Of a DNA stretch of 64,000 nt, positions 11,248-24,203 are shown in pieces. A program made the translations under genes and the position numbers. A model generated the notes under the pieces. That model was not told the DNA's origin, did not search any database, and saw only the letters and a list, made by a program, of their open reading frames with translations. Every line of letters begins with the position of its first letter. The stretch's first letter is position 1. Origin of the DNA: Malacoraja senta (taxonomy: Eukaryota); the NCBI GenBank assembly GCA_038087875.1, contig CM075989.1:14818001-14882000 (forward strand), read 5' to 3'.

Positions 11248-12504
11248 GTATAGGAAGGAACTGCAGATGCTGGTTTAAATCAAATATAGACACAAAATGC
11301 TGGAGTAACTCAGCGGGACATGCAGCATCTCTGGAGAGAAGGAATGGGTGACGTTTTGGGTCAAAACTCTTCTTCAGATGTCAGGGGAGAGGGACTTACA
11401 TAGATAAGGAAGTGTATAGATAAGGAAGGGTAAGGTGTGAAAACAGGACAAAGGGAATTCAGATCAGAAAATGTAGAATAAATCATTGTTAGTTGGGACA
11501 AAGTAACAACAAAGCAGAGATAAAATGTAGAGACAGTAAAGGGCCTGTTGCACTTGCATGCGATTGCATGCGTTTGGCGCGACCAAACGGAAGCGGAGTT
11601 CGCGGTAAGATCGCGCTAGACGTAATTTGCATCATACTTACCAATCAGCTGGGCAGGAGGCAGGCCGACTGAATTTGGACGTCGCACGGCGTCGGGCGGT
11701 GACGTCATCACGCAATGCCACGCGGTGACGTCATCGCTCAACATCACACGCTAGGCGTACGCCGTCAAGACGCTGCGTACAATGTCAAGACGCTGCGTAC
11801 GCCCTCAATGCGCCTGCGGGCCGATAGGCCGTTGGCGCGCGAAATTTTCGGACAGTGCGGGATTTTCAGAGCCCCGCGCGATGTCGGGACCAGCCCCGCA
11901 CAACTCCATACGCCTCCGCGGTTGGAAGTGGGACCGGCCCCGCGCGGCCTGTACGCCTCAAGCGACCGCGTTTGGTCGCGCCAGACGCATGCAATCGCAT
12001 GCAAGTGGGACAGGCCCTTTAGATTGGTCAGAGAACTGGGAAGGAATGGAGAGAGAGGAAAAGCAAGGGTTACTTGAAGTTAGAGAGGTCAATGTTCATA
12101 CCGCTGGGGTACAAGTTACTCAAGCGAAATATGAGGTGCTGTTCCTCCAATTTGCGCTGGGCCTCACTCTGACAATGGAGGAGGCCCAAAACAGAAAGAT
12201 CAGTGTGGGAATGGGAGGGGGAGTTAAAGTGTTTAGCAGCCGGGAGATCAGGTAGGTTTAGGCAGACTGAGTGGAGGTGTTCAGCGAAACGATCGCCAAG
12301 CCTGTGCTTGGTCTCACCCATATACAGGAGTCCACACCTGGAACAGCAGATACAGTAGATGAGGTTGGAGGAGGTGCAAGTGAACCTCTGCCTCACCTGA
12401 AAAGACTGTCGGGATCCTTGGACGGGGTGGAGGGGGGACGTGTAGGGACAGGTGTTGCATCTCCTGCGGATGCTGGGGAAAGTACCTGGGGCGCTGGTGG
12501 TGTT
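11248..12504 (-). mobile_element. 5'-truncated Penelope-like retroelement (GIY-YIG endonuclease plus pLTR), 12-bp TSD
   Basis: ORF 12070-12525 reads CxxC...NLIYCICCSRCGLLYMGETK.RL..RF.EH...HF...E...I..L....P.GMN. TSD ggtcagtggttt at 11236-11247 and 12505-12516. Confidence 0.9.
11540..12018. mobile_element. CpG-rich MITE (PIF/Harbinger-like) nested in the Penelope element
   Basis: TIRs of about 50 bp: AGGGCCTGTTGCACTTGCATGCGATTGCATGCG... and ...CGCATGCAATCGCATGCAAGTGGGACAGGCCCT. Flanked by TAA and TTA. Confidence 0.75.
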
Positions 12505-15500
12505 GGTCAGTGGTTTATTGTTCATCCACGATGTATCTTCGAACCACTTTTTTAAAATTGCGAGTCATTGTAAAGTCCCTCAAATGTTGTTGGATAAATG
12601 GTTCCCTATTTCCACCTATTTCCAATGACTATTCAATCACACTTCTTATAGACAATGGAAAGTCTTTGTGGTCTCAGAACTCAATTCATTTAATAATCCA
12701 TCTCTCATCAGCTAATATGGCTACACTATTTCTGCACCCATCGCCTTTCTTAGTTAATAGCGACCCACTTGGATAGTGATGGTAATGCTGCTGAATATAA
12801 ATTCGTAGTCAGGCTCAACAGCAACAAACTGTTGGTTAAACTTAGGTGGTCGTGCAGCACCTGTGGATGGAAAGGAATGGTGGACATTTTGGGTCAAAAC
12901 CATGCAGCGGGGCACGGCCTGCCTTGCTGGAAGATGGTCAATACCAGAGACTTATGAGATACAAACATTCACACTTGAATGTTGCCTGATCTCACTTCAT
13001 AAACATGAGCTTCTTCATTCTCGGAGGAAATGCAAATGGAACTGCACACTACAATCAGCAATAAACTATTTCTGATCTGATGAAGGTGGGAAAGTATTTG
13101 ATAAAGTAGTGGATAATAAAATAGTTTATCCCAGGAAATCACCTTCAGCACCTTCATAGCAGTGATGTATGTACTGGAGGGTTTGATTATTTGCCTCCAA
13201 CAATCATCTTCCCAGATGTCGGATGTGTGACACCTGCTAGTGTTTCAGCAATTCAATTTTTAATTTAATTTTAAAGCCTTATAATAAATTTGCTTAAATT
13301 TTAAATAGTTCTCTGCTATAACCAAGTTCAGTCTCAAATATCCAAAATGCTTGAAGTCTGAAATAAACACATTGTAATAATGCTGCAAAATGTTCAAAAG
13401 GGCAGTCATCCATGTTAGGAGGAGTTAGCAATTCAGAGCAATGACCTGCCAGAGTTCTCACATATTTCTTCAGACGGGGCTAGGCTGCAACTTTCCGAAA
13501 CACTGGCTCAGCTGCACTTGGAGTAATGTGCAGAGCTTTGGTCACTGTGCTTTACAAAAAGTTTGATTGCAAGGGAGAAAGTGCAGAGGAGATTCACCAG
13601 AAGCTCACCTGAAGTGGAGAATTTTAGTTATGGGGTAAGATTGGATTGGCTGGGTTTGTTTTCCCTGGAAGGAAGGGGCTGAGGGGTGACCAGATAGAGG
13701 TACAGAAAATTATAAGAGGGATAGATAGGGTACATTGTCAGAATCAACAGAAATTGGTTCACCATATTTAAGTTTTATAACATATAGGTTGCATCACATA
13801 AAATTAAACTTGCTACACCATTTGAAACTTTTATTTTCAAAATGTACGTGGTTGGGTTAAAGACAGAGGTGGACTTTAATGCCACCGAGGGGAGAAGGAA
13901 ACCCACAGAATGTGCCTAATTCTGCTAGTTCTCCTATTTGAAGTGCACGACTTCGCAAAGGAGCAGAACTTGGTCACTTTTCCACAAGAGAAAATCAAGT
14001 TCCTCTAGACAGGAGAAAATCAAGCTTTTTTTAGAAAGGAATCAAAGAGCAATTAAGTGGTCTTTTGGAACAGTGGTTCTCCATCCATTTCGATAAAAGG
14101 TGTCAAAGGCCACTCATTTTAAGGAGCTGGGAGGTTTCCAGGGACCACTAGTATCCCGAAAGCTGGGGTAGCCAAGATGCTGAGTAAAAAACAAAGTGCT
14201 GGAGGAACTCAGCGGGTAGGGTATCATCTGTGGAGGAAAATGGACAGAAAATGTTTTGGGTCAGGATCCTTCTTCAGACTGCAAGTGTATCTTTTATTTC
14301 CTGTGTACTTACTAAGTAAACTTCCTTAACAGGGTAACATAGAGATGTGACAGGTAGTGCATCTGTCTCACAGCTCCTGTGACCAGGGTCTGATTTTGAC
14401 CTCTGGTGCTGTTTGTGTGGAGTTTGCATGTTCTCCCTGTGACGACAGGGTTCCCCACACGAATACTCTAGTTTTCTTCCAAACCCAGTGTTTGGATGTA
14501 ACATTAATTGGCAACTGTAAAATAGCCCTATTATAGGTAACTCGTAAGATAGAATAAGTTACAAGGATCTAAGTGGGAGAGTGGGATTATTATGATTGTT
14601 CTTAAAGCCTTAATAGACTTAGTGGACCAAAAGACTCCCTCTGGTGTAAGAATATATGCAAATATAAAACTATAAGAAATATCAACATTATCTGCCATAA
14701 GCTTTGGCACCAACTAAGGTGTCAAGAACTCAGCATGGGAGCCATTCAAGCAGCTAGACAAAACATCCTGACATAATACTAACTACTTAACAACTCCCCT
14801 ATTTTTGAAGTACACCGTGGCAACTCAGAGGTCACGTTGCTTTTTTTTAGAAATAAATGTTCATAAGCTCCCAGAAGTTAGAAATGACAGGAATAAAACA
14901 GGGTGTCCATTAGGAAATAAGCAAGTGTATTTGAATCTGCAAAAAACAGACATTTGTATTTATTGCCAAGAACTTAGCCTGAAGAATTATATCGGTATAA
15001 AGCTGTGGTTTTAGCATAACATCAAACTAAACAATAGGACCAATAGAGGCAATGTTTTGTTATGCTCGGTGACCCAGAACAAAGGGAGAAAATACATAAA
15101 TCTGTATCCAGGTCAGCTCTGTGAGTGAAGCTTGGTATAGCTAACACATTCACCTCAATAACAGTGAATTTACAAACAAGTTTTTTTTTTGATTGCTTAT
15201 AAATCGGTTTTTAAGCATTCATTATGCTTAGCTTCAGTTTTGGTCAATCATCTTAAAAAGTTGTCAATTCAAAGATCCAAATTAGTTGCAATATAACTAA
15301 AATGTATTCAATGTGTACAGAATTACCATTAGTTTGAATGTCAAAGGCAAAGTATCTGTTATTAGAATAAAGCAATTGTCTTTTAAACTCAATAAACGGG
15401 TACGGTATTTAATAAATTAAGTTATGAATTGAAGTTAAAATTGTGAAATCTACCCCTACTCAAATATCTTCAATGCAGTTTTAACTTATTGACAAGAAAA

Positions 15501-15546
15501 ATCATTACCTTGCACTCAAGCTGCACTTTAAATAACCTGTTCTTAC

Positions 15547-15757
15547 CAGTTTCGGGAGGAGCAAAAGTATACTGGCTGCTGGAGGACGAGCCAAGGTTCA
15601 ATTCATCGTCATTTATGTGTTCTGTTTCTGCATCTTCGGTTGCTTCTTGAATAGTCTGAAGATCTTCCACAGGTGGTGACTCAAGGGTAACAATATCGGA
15701 ATCATCACTGGTTGCACCAACAAAAGTACTGTCATCAGCCAATTCTTCTTTTGGTGC
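15547..15757 (-). CDS. CCPG1: CCPG1 coding exon containing FIR2 (SDDSDIVTLE)
   Basis: APKEELADDSTFVGATSDDSDIVTLESPP...NLGSSSSSQYTFAPPET. tag/gtaaga boundaries, 211 nt, phase 0-1. Confidence 0.95.
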
Positions 15758-17226
15758 CTAGTTAAAAACAACATGGAAACAAGAGTGCCCTGTTAGTTTT
15801 TTTTAAAAAGGAAAAATTTTGTTTTCATGGCAATTCAAGTCAAATCCATAAAATGCAACCTACACTAAAAATGCACATTTCACAATTAGGAATGTTTCTC
15901 AGAAATTATATCACGTAAATTTGAAATACATTATAAAGATTTTGGCATTCAACAAGGTTTTACTGTCTACCCTCAAAATGTTCAAGAGTTTTATATCCGG
16001 AAGTTAACCCTATTGCCTTTCAGTAAAACAGCAATCTTTTAAACCCAATCCCATTTAGAATGCTTTGACTTCTGAAGCGATAAGTGATTCCCAAAGTTGA
16101 GTGGAATTCCAAAACTGCATTGGAAATAGATGGCTGCGAGTATGTATAGTTCAAGATATTAAGTGATTTTCAATAGTATCCTCTGCTGAAAAACACACAT
16201 CAAGATGAAAATAATTTTCAGTCCAGTTATAAGATGTGCACCTAAACCTAACTCTATTGATTATCTCAAATAAATCTTTAACTCTTGAATAAGAAAGTTT
16301 AAAAAACATGAAATACAACTGAGGTTTTCACATTTTCAATTATTATTTGGCAGCATCAAGCTGGCTCCCTTGCCTCTGAAATCTTAAATATACATCAGCC
16401 TTCAGATCCATACTGCATAAATGGCTTTCTCTGCATATCAGGTGACAAGAACACACCGTTCAACCGATAAATATGAAGCAAATGGATAAAATGAATAATT
16501 CTGTCTCCTTGGCAACAAACAGCCAGGTGCAGTCGCCTCATTTTTAATTATGTCAAAGCAGGCCTCATCTCAACTCAAATTTGCTTTATTGTGTTCATAA
16601 GGAATACGAGTAGAATTAGACCCTTTGGCCCATCACATCTATTCTGCCATTCAATCATGGCTGATCTATCTCTCCCTCCTAACACCATTCTCCTGCCTTC
16701 TCCCCATAACCTCTGACACCTGTACTAATCATTTGTCATGTTGGTCCATGATATTGATTGGGTCTCATCTGAACAAAACAATATTTTACACCAAGGATAT
16801 TCAATGGAAATCTGGAATACTAAGCATTCACATGTTTAGACACCAAATGTTTAATAATTAAAAAACATCATGTTACCCATTAGAATTTCTAGGCCACTGA
16901 AAATGCCCCAAAAGCCAACTCCAAAGAAAATATCTCCAAAAGAGAAAGGCTGTGACAAAAAGGTTATATACACAATAACTTCTGATGAAATCAAATATTA
17001 CAAGGAACATTTTAAGGTTTGTGTAAATTAGAAAAGCAGTGGATTCATAATTAATTAGCCAATCCACAGTTATTTCTTTATTTTAGAATCAAATTTCTGG
17101 CGACACTTTACAAATGTTAATGATTCCAACATTATTATTTAAAGAGCAACCAGTTATTACCAACCAACCATCCAATTGAATACTGCAAATGCAAGTTCAT
17201 TAAAGGCAATTTGACTAGGAGCTCAC

Positions 17227-17309
17227 CTTAGGTTCCAATTCCTTTTCCTCAGATGCAATTGAAGCACTGAGATTTTCCACTTTGGGCTCTATGTACTCAC
17301 TGCCTTTTG
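17227..17309 (-). CDS. CCPG1: CCPG1 coding exon
   Basis: tttgcag|CAAAAGGC...CCTAAG|gtgagc. 83 nt, phase 1-0, joins both neighbours in frame (AKGSEYIEPKVENLSASIASEEKELEPK). Confidence 0.85.
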
Positions 17310-18698
17310 CTGCAAAGCAAATTACGGAGAATAAAAATGTTCAAAGTTTGAGAAATTTATGAAGAACAAGAAGTTATTAAGTCATTGAAACAGGAGTTTT
17401 GCGATTCCTACAATGTTTATTTCTTCTCTATACTAGAGTCAGTAATCTGGCCTGTTTTCAGGAAAACACTATTACAGAGCTACATAGCAAAAGCCAACAA
17501 ATACAAATTAGCTTTCACATTTAAAGAAAATCCATAATAAATTACTCACAGCAGATTTACTGGTCCAGATTTCAATATTACAATGATACCAAAACCATCA
17601 ACATTGCCCCTTGAAATTGAAAGATTTTCAAGCTTGAGGTTTAGTACAAAATTCCCAAAGCTGCTGTCAGTGATTCTCCACAGATTACAGATGGAAAATC
17701 TTGTGCTTGATAAATCAAACAATTCTCGGTCCATTCATAGAGCCAAATAACAGGAAAGGGAAATAATTGAGCTTCTATGACTCCACATTCTATCTGATTA
17801 AAGGGAAACCAGTTAATCCAAGCAGCATAGAAATTAACCATTTAATAGAACTAAAAGGACTTTACTTATAAATTGGGAAAGATTCTATAAGGAAAACAAG
17901 CAAGTTAACGATTCCATTATGGCAGAAAAAAAAATCTACATCGGAAAATCATGCATTTGGAGTGGAAACTTCAGATCATTGAACGATCTTTTTGTTATGA
18001 TTTTTTTTCTCTAGAATTTAACTTTGACTGATGCAACAAGGCTCAATGGAATAAAATGTTCATCAACTTAACATCTCAGCCACTGAACCAACAAATACTC
18101 AGAATCTGTCTTAACTTTGACTGATGTCAGATGGTGTGGCTGCAGAGGAAAACAAAAGGTACAAATTAGGTGGGGACCCATCTCCTGATCATTAACTTAT
18201 CCTGGTTAGCAAGACAACACAATTCTAACAACCTAGTTGGTGCCTGTGAAACTGGTAATCTGTCACCCGGGCAGGATGACAATGGCTGTCCAACGTTCAT
18301 AAACTGTATCCATGCAGGAGAAGTCAAGGCAAGGAAGTCATTGAGTCAGAGTCCACACCAATCATCAGGCATCCATTTTTACACTAATCATATTTTAATC
18401 CATTTCATTTCTCATTCACTGCCCTTCAGATTCTATCACTCACCTACACCCAGGTACAATTTATAGCAGTCAATCAAAGCTGCACATTTTTGGGGTGTGA
18501 GGGGAAATTGAATCACCCAGAGGAAGTACAAACTCCACTCAGACAACACCCAAGGTAGGGATTGAACCCCAGTCACTGCACCACTTTCAAGAAAGGAGGT
18601 GGGAGTTATAAACTAGGCATTCATAAAGCTTTACATACCTGCATATATACACATTTTAGCAGAAAATGAAAAGAATCTCCATTGGCTATTTTGCTTAC

Positions 18699-18798
18699 CT
18701 TGTATTTCACATGATTGGTCAACTTGTTGATTTGTTAAAGGCTGCGAAGTGCATTCCGCCTCTCCCTTGTCTGAATTGAGTACCTCCACATCAGAACA
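18699..18798 (-). CDS. CCPG1: CCPG1 coding exon with FIR1 core (SDVEVLNS)
   Basis: cag|TGTTCTGATGTGGAGGTACTC...CAAG|gtaagc. 100 nt, phase 0-1. Homologous to human GSDIEMLNS. Confidence 0.9.
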
Positions 18799-20570
18799 CT
18801 GTCCAAAGGGAGATCATCAGTTATCAAGTATCACTTCAAGCAAGTCCAAAAGTTATGTTTACTCTTAACTTGATGGTATGCATATTCTATGCGTGAATGT
18901 AATGCTGATAAAAAATCTCTACCTTCACAGCTTTCAGATTTTCTGCTACCAAGAGAGCATCTTTAACTACACAATAATTACGGGAATATTCAAATTATCA
19001 TAGAACTCGACCAAATCAGAATCAGTTGCGTCACACACAATTATATGACTTTGTACTCTTTAAGCGACAAGGTGAACATACGTTAAGATACAGCAGTAAA
19101 GTTCCAGACTATTTTAATATAGTGCATGAACAGCACAAAATAATTTAGTGCATTTAGTCTTCTAAGCAACACATTAAAACAGTAACAGCAGTCTTCTTAA
19201 CATTCTCTCATCATAATTAGATAATTTAAAACATCATCTTAGTTCTGATTTGAATTGCTCAAACATGAGGTTCAGTCGGTCCAATCCTTCTGCTGGACGA
19301 TTGATCCCACTCCCCCATTCTGTGTGATGGATGATTTAAGAAAACTACTAAGATATTTGTAAAGATACATCAGAATAAAAATAAAATGATAAACAGTACT
19401 TCCCATAATTTTCCAAATGATTGAGATACTAGTCAAACTGAAACATGGTAATTGGAGAGCCAAAGATCATGTGAAAGAGCCCAGTGGTTCCCATTTATCC
19501 TATAATTCTTCTGCATATCAACATAATAAATGATACACATTTCCCACCATCAATACTGTTTGAGGCAATATACTTGAATTCATAAAGTATTCAACTTCCT
19601 ACAAATAACTTAAAACTGGGTGCCATGTGAAATGAAGAGGATTTGTGATTTACACACAATATTAAAAGCATTGACCATGGTCATATTTAACCATAGCATA
19701 TACACAGCATGAACAATCTAATTGCTGTGAACATTACAGCATCTACAAAGTTTATTGGATGGTTTATAGCAGTGTTTCTTAAACTATTTCAGTGTCATTC
19801 ACCCTTGAGTATCACAAAATTTCATTCACCCTCGACTAAATTTTCTTATATTTGTTGGTAATTTTCGTCTTATTCTCCCTTGTGTATAATTTTATATATA
19901 ATGTATTTTGCAACATGAGCAAAAAACATAAATTAACTAATTTCGTGAGTGTTTATTTTGATCAACTTTTTGAACATCCTAAAAATATGTAAAGAAAACT
20001 AGGTGAAAAAAAAGGTTTAATTATCACTGGACTCATGAAATTAAATGTACTCATGCCTCATCAATGTTTTAGTCTACATAAAGAAACTTAGTTTCTATTC
20101 ACTGGAAGACATCACAGAACTTTAACATTTTACAGAACCCATTGAATAAACTGAGTGTCCGGAATAATTGATTGGGGCAAGACTATCAAATTATTGAATG
20201 ATCAGGGCAGACCAAAGTAATTTAAAAATGTTTACCCCAGAACCTCTGTGCAAAGAAATTGTTCTATCATAGAATAATCTATGAAATAATGAGGCATAGG
20301 TAAGGTAGGGGAGTCAGGACGACAGGTATCTGGAATGAGGAGCCAGGGGTGCTGGTGGAAGCAGATATGGTAGTGGTGTTTAAGATACTGTTAGATAGCC
20401 ACGAGTAGGCATAATGGAGAGAAATTGATCATGTGCAGGCAGAAGGGATTAGTTTAATTTGACATCATGGTCGGCCTAGATATCGTGGGCCGAAAGGCCT
20501 GTTCCTGTGTTGTACTGTTTTGTGTTGCATAAGCAGCCTCCTGATTCACTTCTGGTAATATCCCACTTAC

Positions 20571-20588
20571 CTCATTAACACAGCTTAA
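20571..20588 (-). CDS. CCPG1: Candidate CCPG1 18-nt microexon (LSCVNE), phase 0-0
   Basis: ttctctgttcttttgcaagcag|TTAAGCTGTGTTAATGAG|gtaagt: perfect donor, pyrimidine tract, a UGC just upstream of the AG, and in frame. Confidence 0.65.
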
Positions 20589-21259
20589 CTGCTTGCAAAA
20601 GAACAGAGAATGTAAATGTTGGGCACGGCAGACTGGCCTGAACAGCTGTAAATTTAGCTCCAGAATTGAAAATGTACCAGGACCCCAGGTTGGTAAGTTT
20701 GATTTTACGAGAGTGACTCATTTCCTCTAAATTAATTGTATTTTTCTATATTTGTAAAAGCTTTTTAGGACACCATAATCTGTTGTATTCAGAATATTTC
20801 CACATCTGCATATTGTGATCAACACATCTCATCCTCAGCTGTGTGTCTATCTTTTATGGTTTAAGCTCTTTTTTAATATCGCAGTGCATACACATAAGAT
20901 TCTTACCAACATTTTGTATAATCTGTAGCTGGAGAGATTGGTTTGAAACAGATGGCAGAGTAGTGCAGTGGTTAACACTTGCTATCTCAACTCCAGGGGC
21001 TTGGCTCAATCCTGACCTTGGATGCTATCTGTGTGGAGTTTGTGGCCAAGGGGTTACCCTGAAAAATGCACCCGTAGGTTGATTAGCTACAGTAAGTTTC
21101 CCGTTATTGTAGGCAAGTGCTAACAGATTTAAAGAAGAGTCATTGGGCATACAAAAAAAGTCGAAGGGGTACAGAAAAAAAGGAGGGGGAAATGAGATTG
21201 ACAGGGTTGGTCTGCTGAGAGCTTCCATGAATTCGATGAGCCAATAGATCTTCTGCATT

Positions 21260-21770
21260 ATTTATTTTTTATTTTTTATTTTTGATTTATTAGAAGTACA
21301 ATTGTATACAATCATATTTTCATAATACATTTTATGTGCAGCTTCTTATTTTTTTTTAATAATAAAGAAGAAAAAGAAAAAGAAGTTAGATGGTTTATAG
21401 CAGTGTTTCTTAAACTATTTCAGTCATTCACCCTTGAGTATCACAAAATTTCATGTACTCATGCCTCATCAATGTTTTAGTATAGAAAAATGTGAGATAT
21501 ATAGTGTGTGGAAAAGAAAAATAGAAAGTGAAAGAAGAAAGTAAAAGAATAGAAAACAGGAAAAAGAGAATAAAAGAAGAAAAGGGAAGAAAAAGAAAAA
21601 AGAAGTAAGGAGATCTTATTTATAATCTTGACCATCCCTCGCCCAGTCACGAGTTAGCTTTTACAATTGTGTTGCACCATAAGATTCCAAAAAGATGACA
21701 AATGGAGACCAACTCGTTGTGAATTGGTCAAATTTATCTATTAGGAGGAATCGCATTTCCTCAAGATTAT
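21260..21770 (-). mobile_element. L1-clade LINE 3' end fragment
   Basis: Reverse complement encodes LEEMRFLLIDKFDQF, similar to the copy at 51026. Pyrimidine-rich 3' UTR and A-rich tail. Confidence 0.55.
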
Positions 21771-23926
21771 CTGCATTATAATAAGATAGACTGGTGCACA
21801 TTTTAATATGAAAAAAATCAAAAATTTTGAGAAAAAAACAAAACAGGTCAGGCAGCAGCTATGGAAGCAGAAACAGTCAATGTTTCAAGTCTGCGACCCT
21901 TCATCAGAAGTCTTGATATGCTGAACTGATCAAACGTCTGCCCAACTGCTTTAAAAAATGCCTCATCCTATATTCCCAGTTAAAATGCTAAAAATACTTG
22001 CCCAAAAATTAAGTTCGAAAATTTTCAAAGACACTTCACATTTCTACAAAGGAATGTTTACAAATATTGATTGTGAACAGCACACCGAGTCCTGTTGGAA
22101 TGAAGCCACATCCAAAGCAGCCATTTTCAAGGTTATAGAGAAAGGAAAAAACCCAGAGAAATACAGATGCTGGGTGCAAAAAGATAATAAGCTTTTCAGC
22201 ATTTGCAATTCTTTAATTTTCAGAGAATTGCCTGTCTGCTAAATCACAAATAGAGATCACCAACCATGTTTATGGTTGACATTAACAAACTTGGCTTAGT
22301 GGAAGGAATCAAGAGGTTGTGTGTCTGTCCATGTCTCTGACTGTCTAGCAGGGGGGAGGGGGGGTGGGAGAGAGAAACAGTGTGTTGCTATTCAGATTAA
22401 TGATCAGTGACCAATGATGTGCCTCAGGGATCAGTACTGGGTCCATAGTTGTTTTCATCCATATTAATGATTTGGATGACAACATTGTCGGCGGATGTCA
22501 AGTTTGTGAAAATTAGGGGTGCTGTGGACAGTGAAGGTGGCTGCCATCTCAGATTCCAATGGGATCTAGATGAACTGGGGGTGTGGGACATGAAACTGAT
22601 TAAATAGATATCCTAGTGAACATAGATGACCTGTAAATCTCAATAGCTGATTAACTATTTCTGTTGATCTCTTTACTTCCATTTAGTTTAATTATGTATT
22701 CATTTTCAATCAGACATTGGCAACGACACTAACTTACCAACTTACATATTTGTCTCCTCAGTTCAGAATTGGCCATACAATACTTGTCAAGTTTCCTTAA
22801 TGTGAATCCAGAATATCTCCAAGAAATTACTCATTTCAGTTGGTAATTTAGTGCCATTTCCAATGTTGGTTTCAATACCAGTAGTTAAACTAAACTGGTA
22901 AATAGATCAACAGATAAATAAGTAACCAGGGGAGGTGCAGATGTATTTTTCACATTATAATTATTGGAGGTATTGTGATGAGGTACTGTCACTGGGTAAG
23001 GGTTTCATCAGTCCAACTGATACAAGAATGCATCCCAGTTTCAGATATTAGGGCAGAGGCAGCATTTCGCCATAACGTAGAAAATATCTGAATTCCCAAG
23101 GTGATGTGAGACTGAGATTACAGAGAGCTGGTAAAAAAAAAATCATAACCAAGACTGGATGTCCTGCAGTGAGTGCATCATATTCCTTAATATTTCAATC
23201 ATTCACCAGATACAAGTCAGGAGTGCAAAATATTCTTGACTAACCTGTAATTGCAAATCTAACAACACTTAAGAGGTTCAATAGTTTCCTAATCGCTTCA
23301 GTGGCACCTCATGCAACATGTGTAATGTTTACAACCCCCATCCTCTGCCTATCATGACAGCAAGATGCATAAAATATAAGATGTCATCTATTATCCAGAC
23401 AAGAATAACAAATACATGGTTCAAAGCACCTGTCCTATCCATCCTCATCCTAAACCTGCCCTGTATCAGTATCATATACTGTCAATTCCTCATTATTACC
23501 CATCGGAATCTTTGAAGACACAACCTAACACCACAATGGGGTACCTTATTTACATTGATTACAGAGGTTCAAGAAAGTGACCCATTATCTGTCTCAACAG
23601 TAATTAAGTTTAGTCAGTTAAATGTTGGCCTGACTTCAATATCAACACCAACTCTATGAAGAACAAAATGGCCATCTTGGAAAGTCGGTGTGAAAATATT
23701 TTCCATTTCGACTTGCATGCACTAAAATAGCACATCTATTTAGTAAAGACCGAGATGATTAGATCATTATTGGTACACAAAGGAAATTCCTTTTTGTGCA
23801 ATAAAATTTTAATGGTTTTCTTCCTTTTATTTAAAAAAAAGTTCAGTTCTTTAAAGGTACGAATTGACACACACTTAAGTATTATTTATACAGTTAAAGA
23901 GATAAAACTGGAGAAAAATAGTTTAC

Positions 23927-23986
23927 TTCATGGTTAATTATGGTCCAACCACAAGAGGATTCACTATCGCTGGAATTCTCTGACAT
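23927..23986 (-). CDS. CCPG1: CCPG1 first coding exon (exon 23927-24002) with LIR WTII
   Basis: MSENSSDSESSCGWTIINHE, against human MSENSSDSDSSCGWTVISHE. ttttgcag acceptor at 24003 and gtaaac donor. Confidence 0.97.
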
Positions 23987-24104
23987 CTTCAAGCCCAGGT
24001 AACTGCAAAACAAAGATATATTCAAGTTAATTTAAAAATCAATTGGGCATTGAATATTAGACTTGAGATGTCATGTTGCAGCAGTATAAACATTGGTTGT
24101 GCCG

Positions 24105-24203
24105 CACTTAAGGGCATTGTGTACAGTTCTGGATGTCACTTAAGAGCATTGTGTACAGTTCTGGATGTCACTTAAGGGCATTGTGTACAGTTCTGGATGT
24201 CAC
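24105..24203 (+). repeat. 32-bp tandem repeat x3 inside an old CR1 remnant
   Basis: cacttaagggcattgtgtacagttctggatgt at 24105, 24137 and 24169, derived from the CR1 PHLEYCVQFW coding region. Confidence 0.9.

Noticed and set aside
16877-16896. Possible 20-nt CCPG1 poison exon (tttcag|...ATGG|gtaaca)
   Set aside because: Frameshifting, with a moderate donor and no supporting motifs. Cannot be told from chance splice-like sites.
22739-22895. Tandem gtaagt donors with an upstream acceptor in CCPG1 intron 2
   Set aside because: The implied exon has an in-frame stop and no recognisable homology.
24105-24203. CRISPR-like array
   Set aside because: Head-to-tail 32-bp repeats with no spacers, inside a CR1 remnant of a vertebrate genome.
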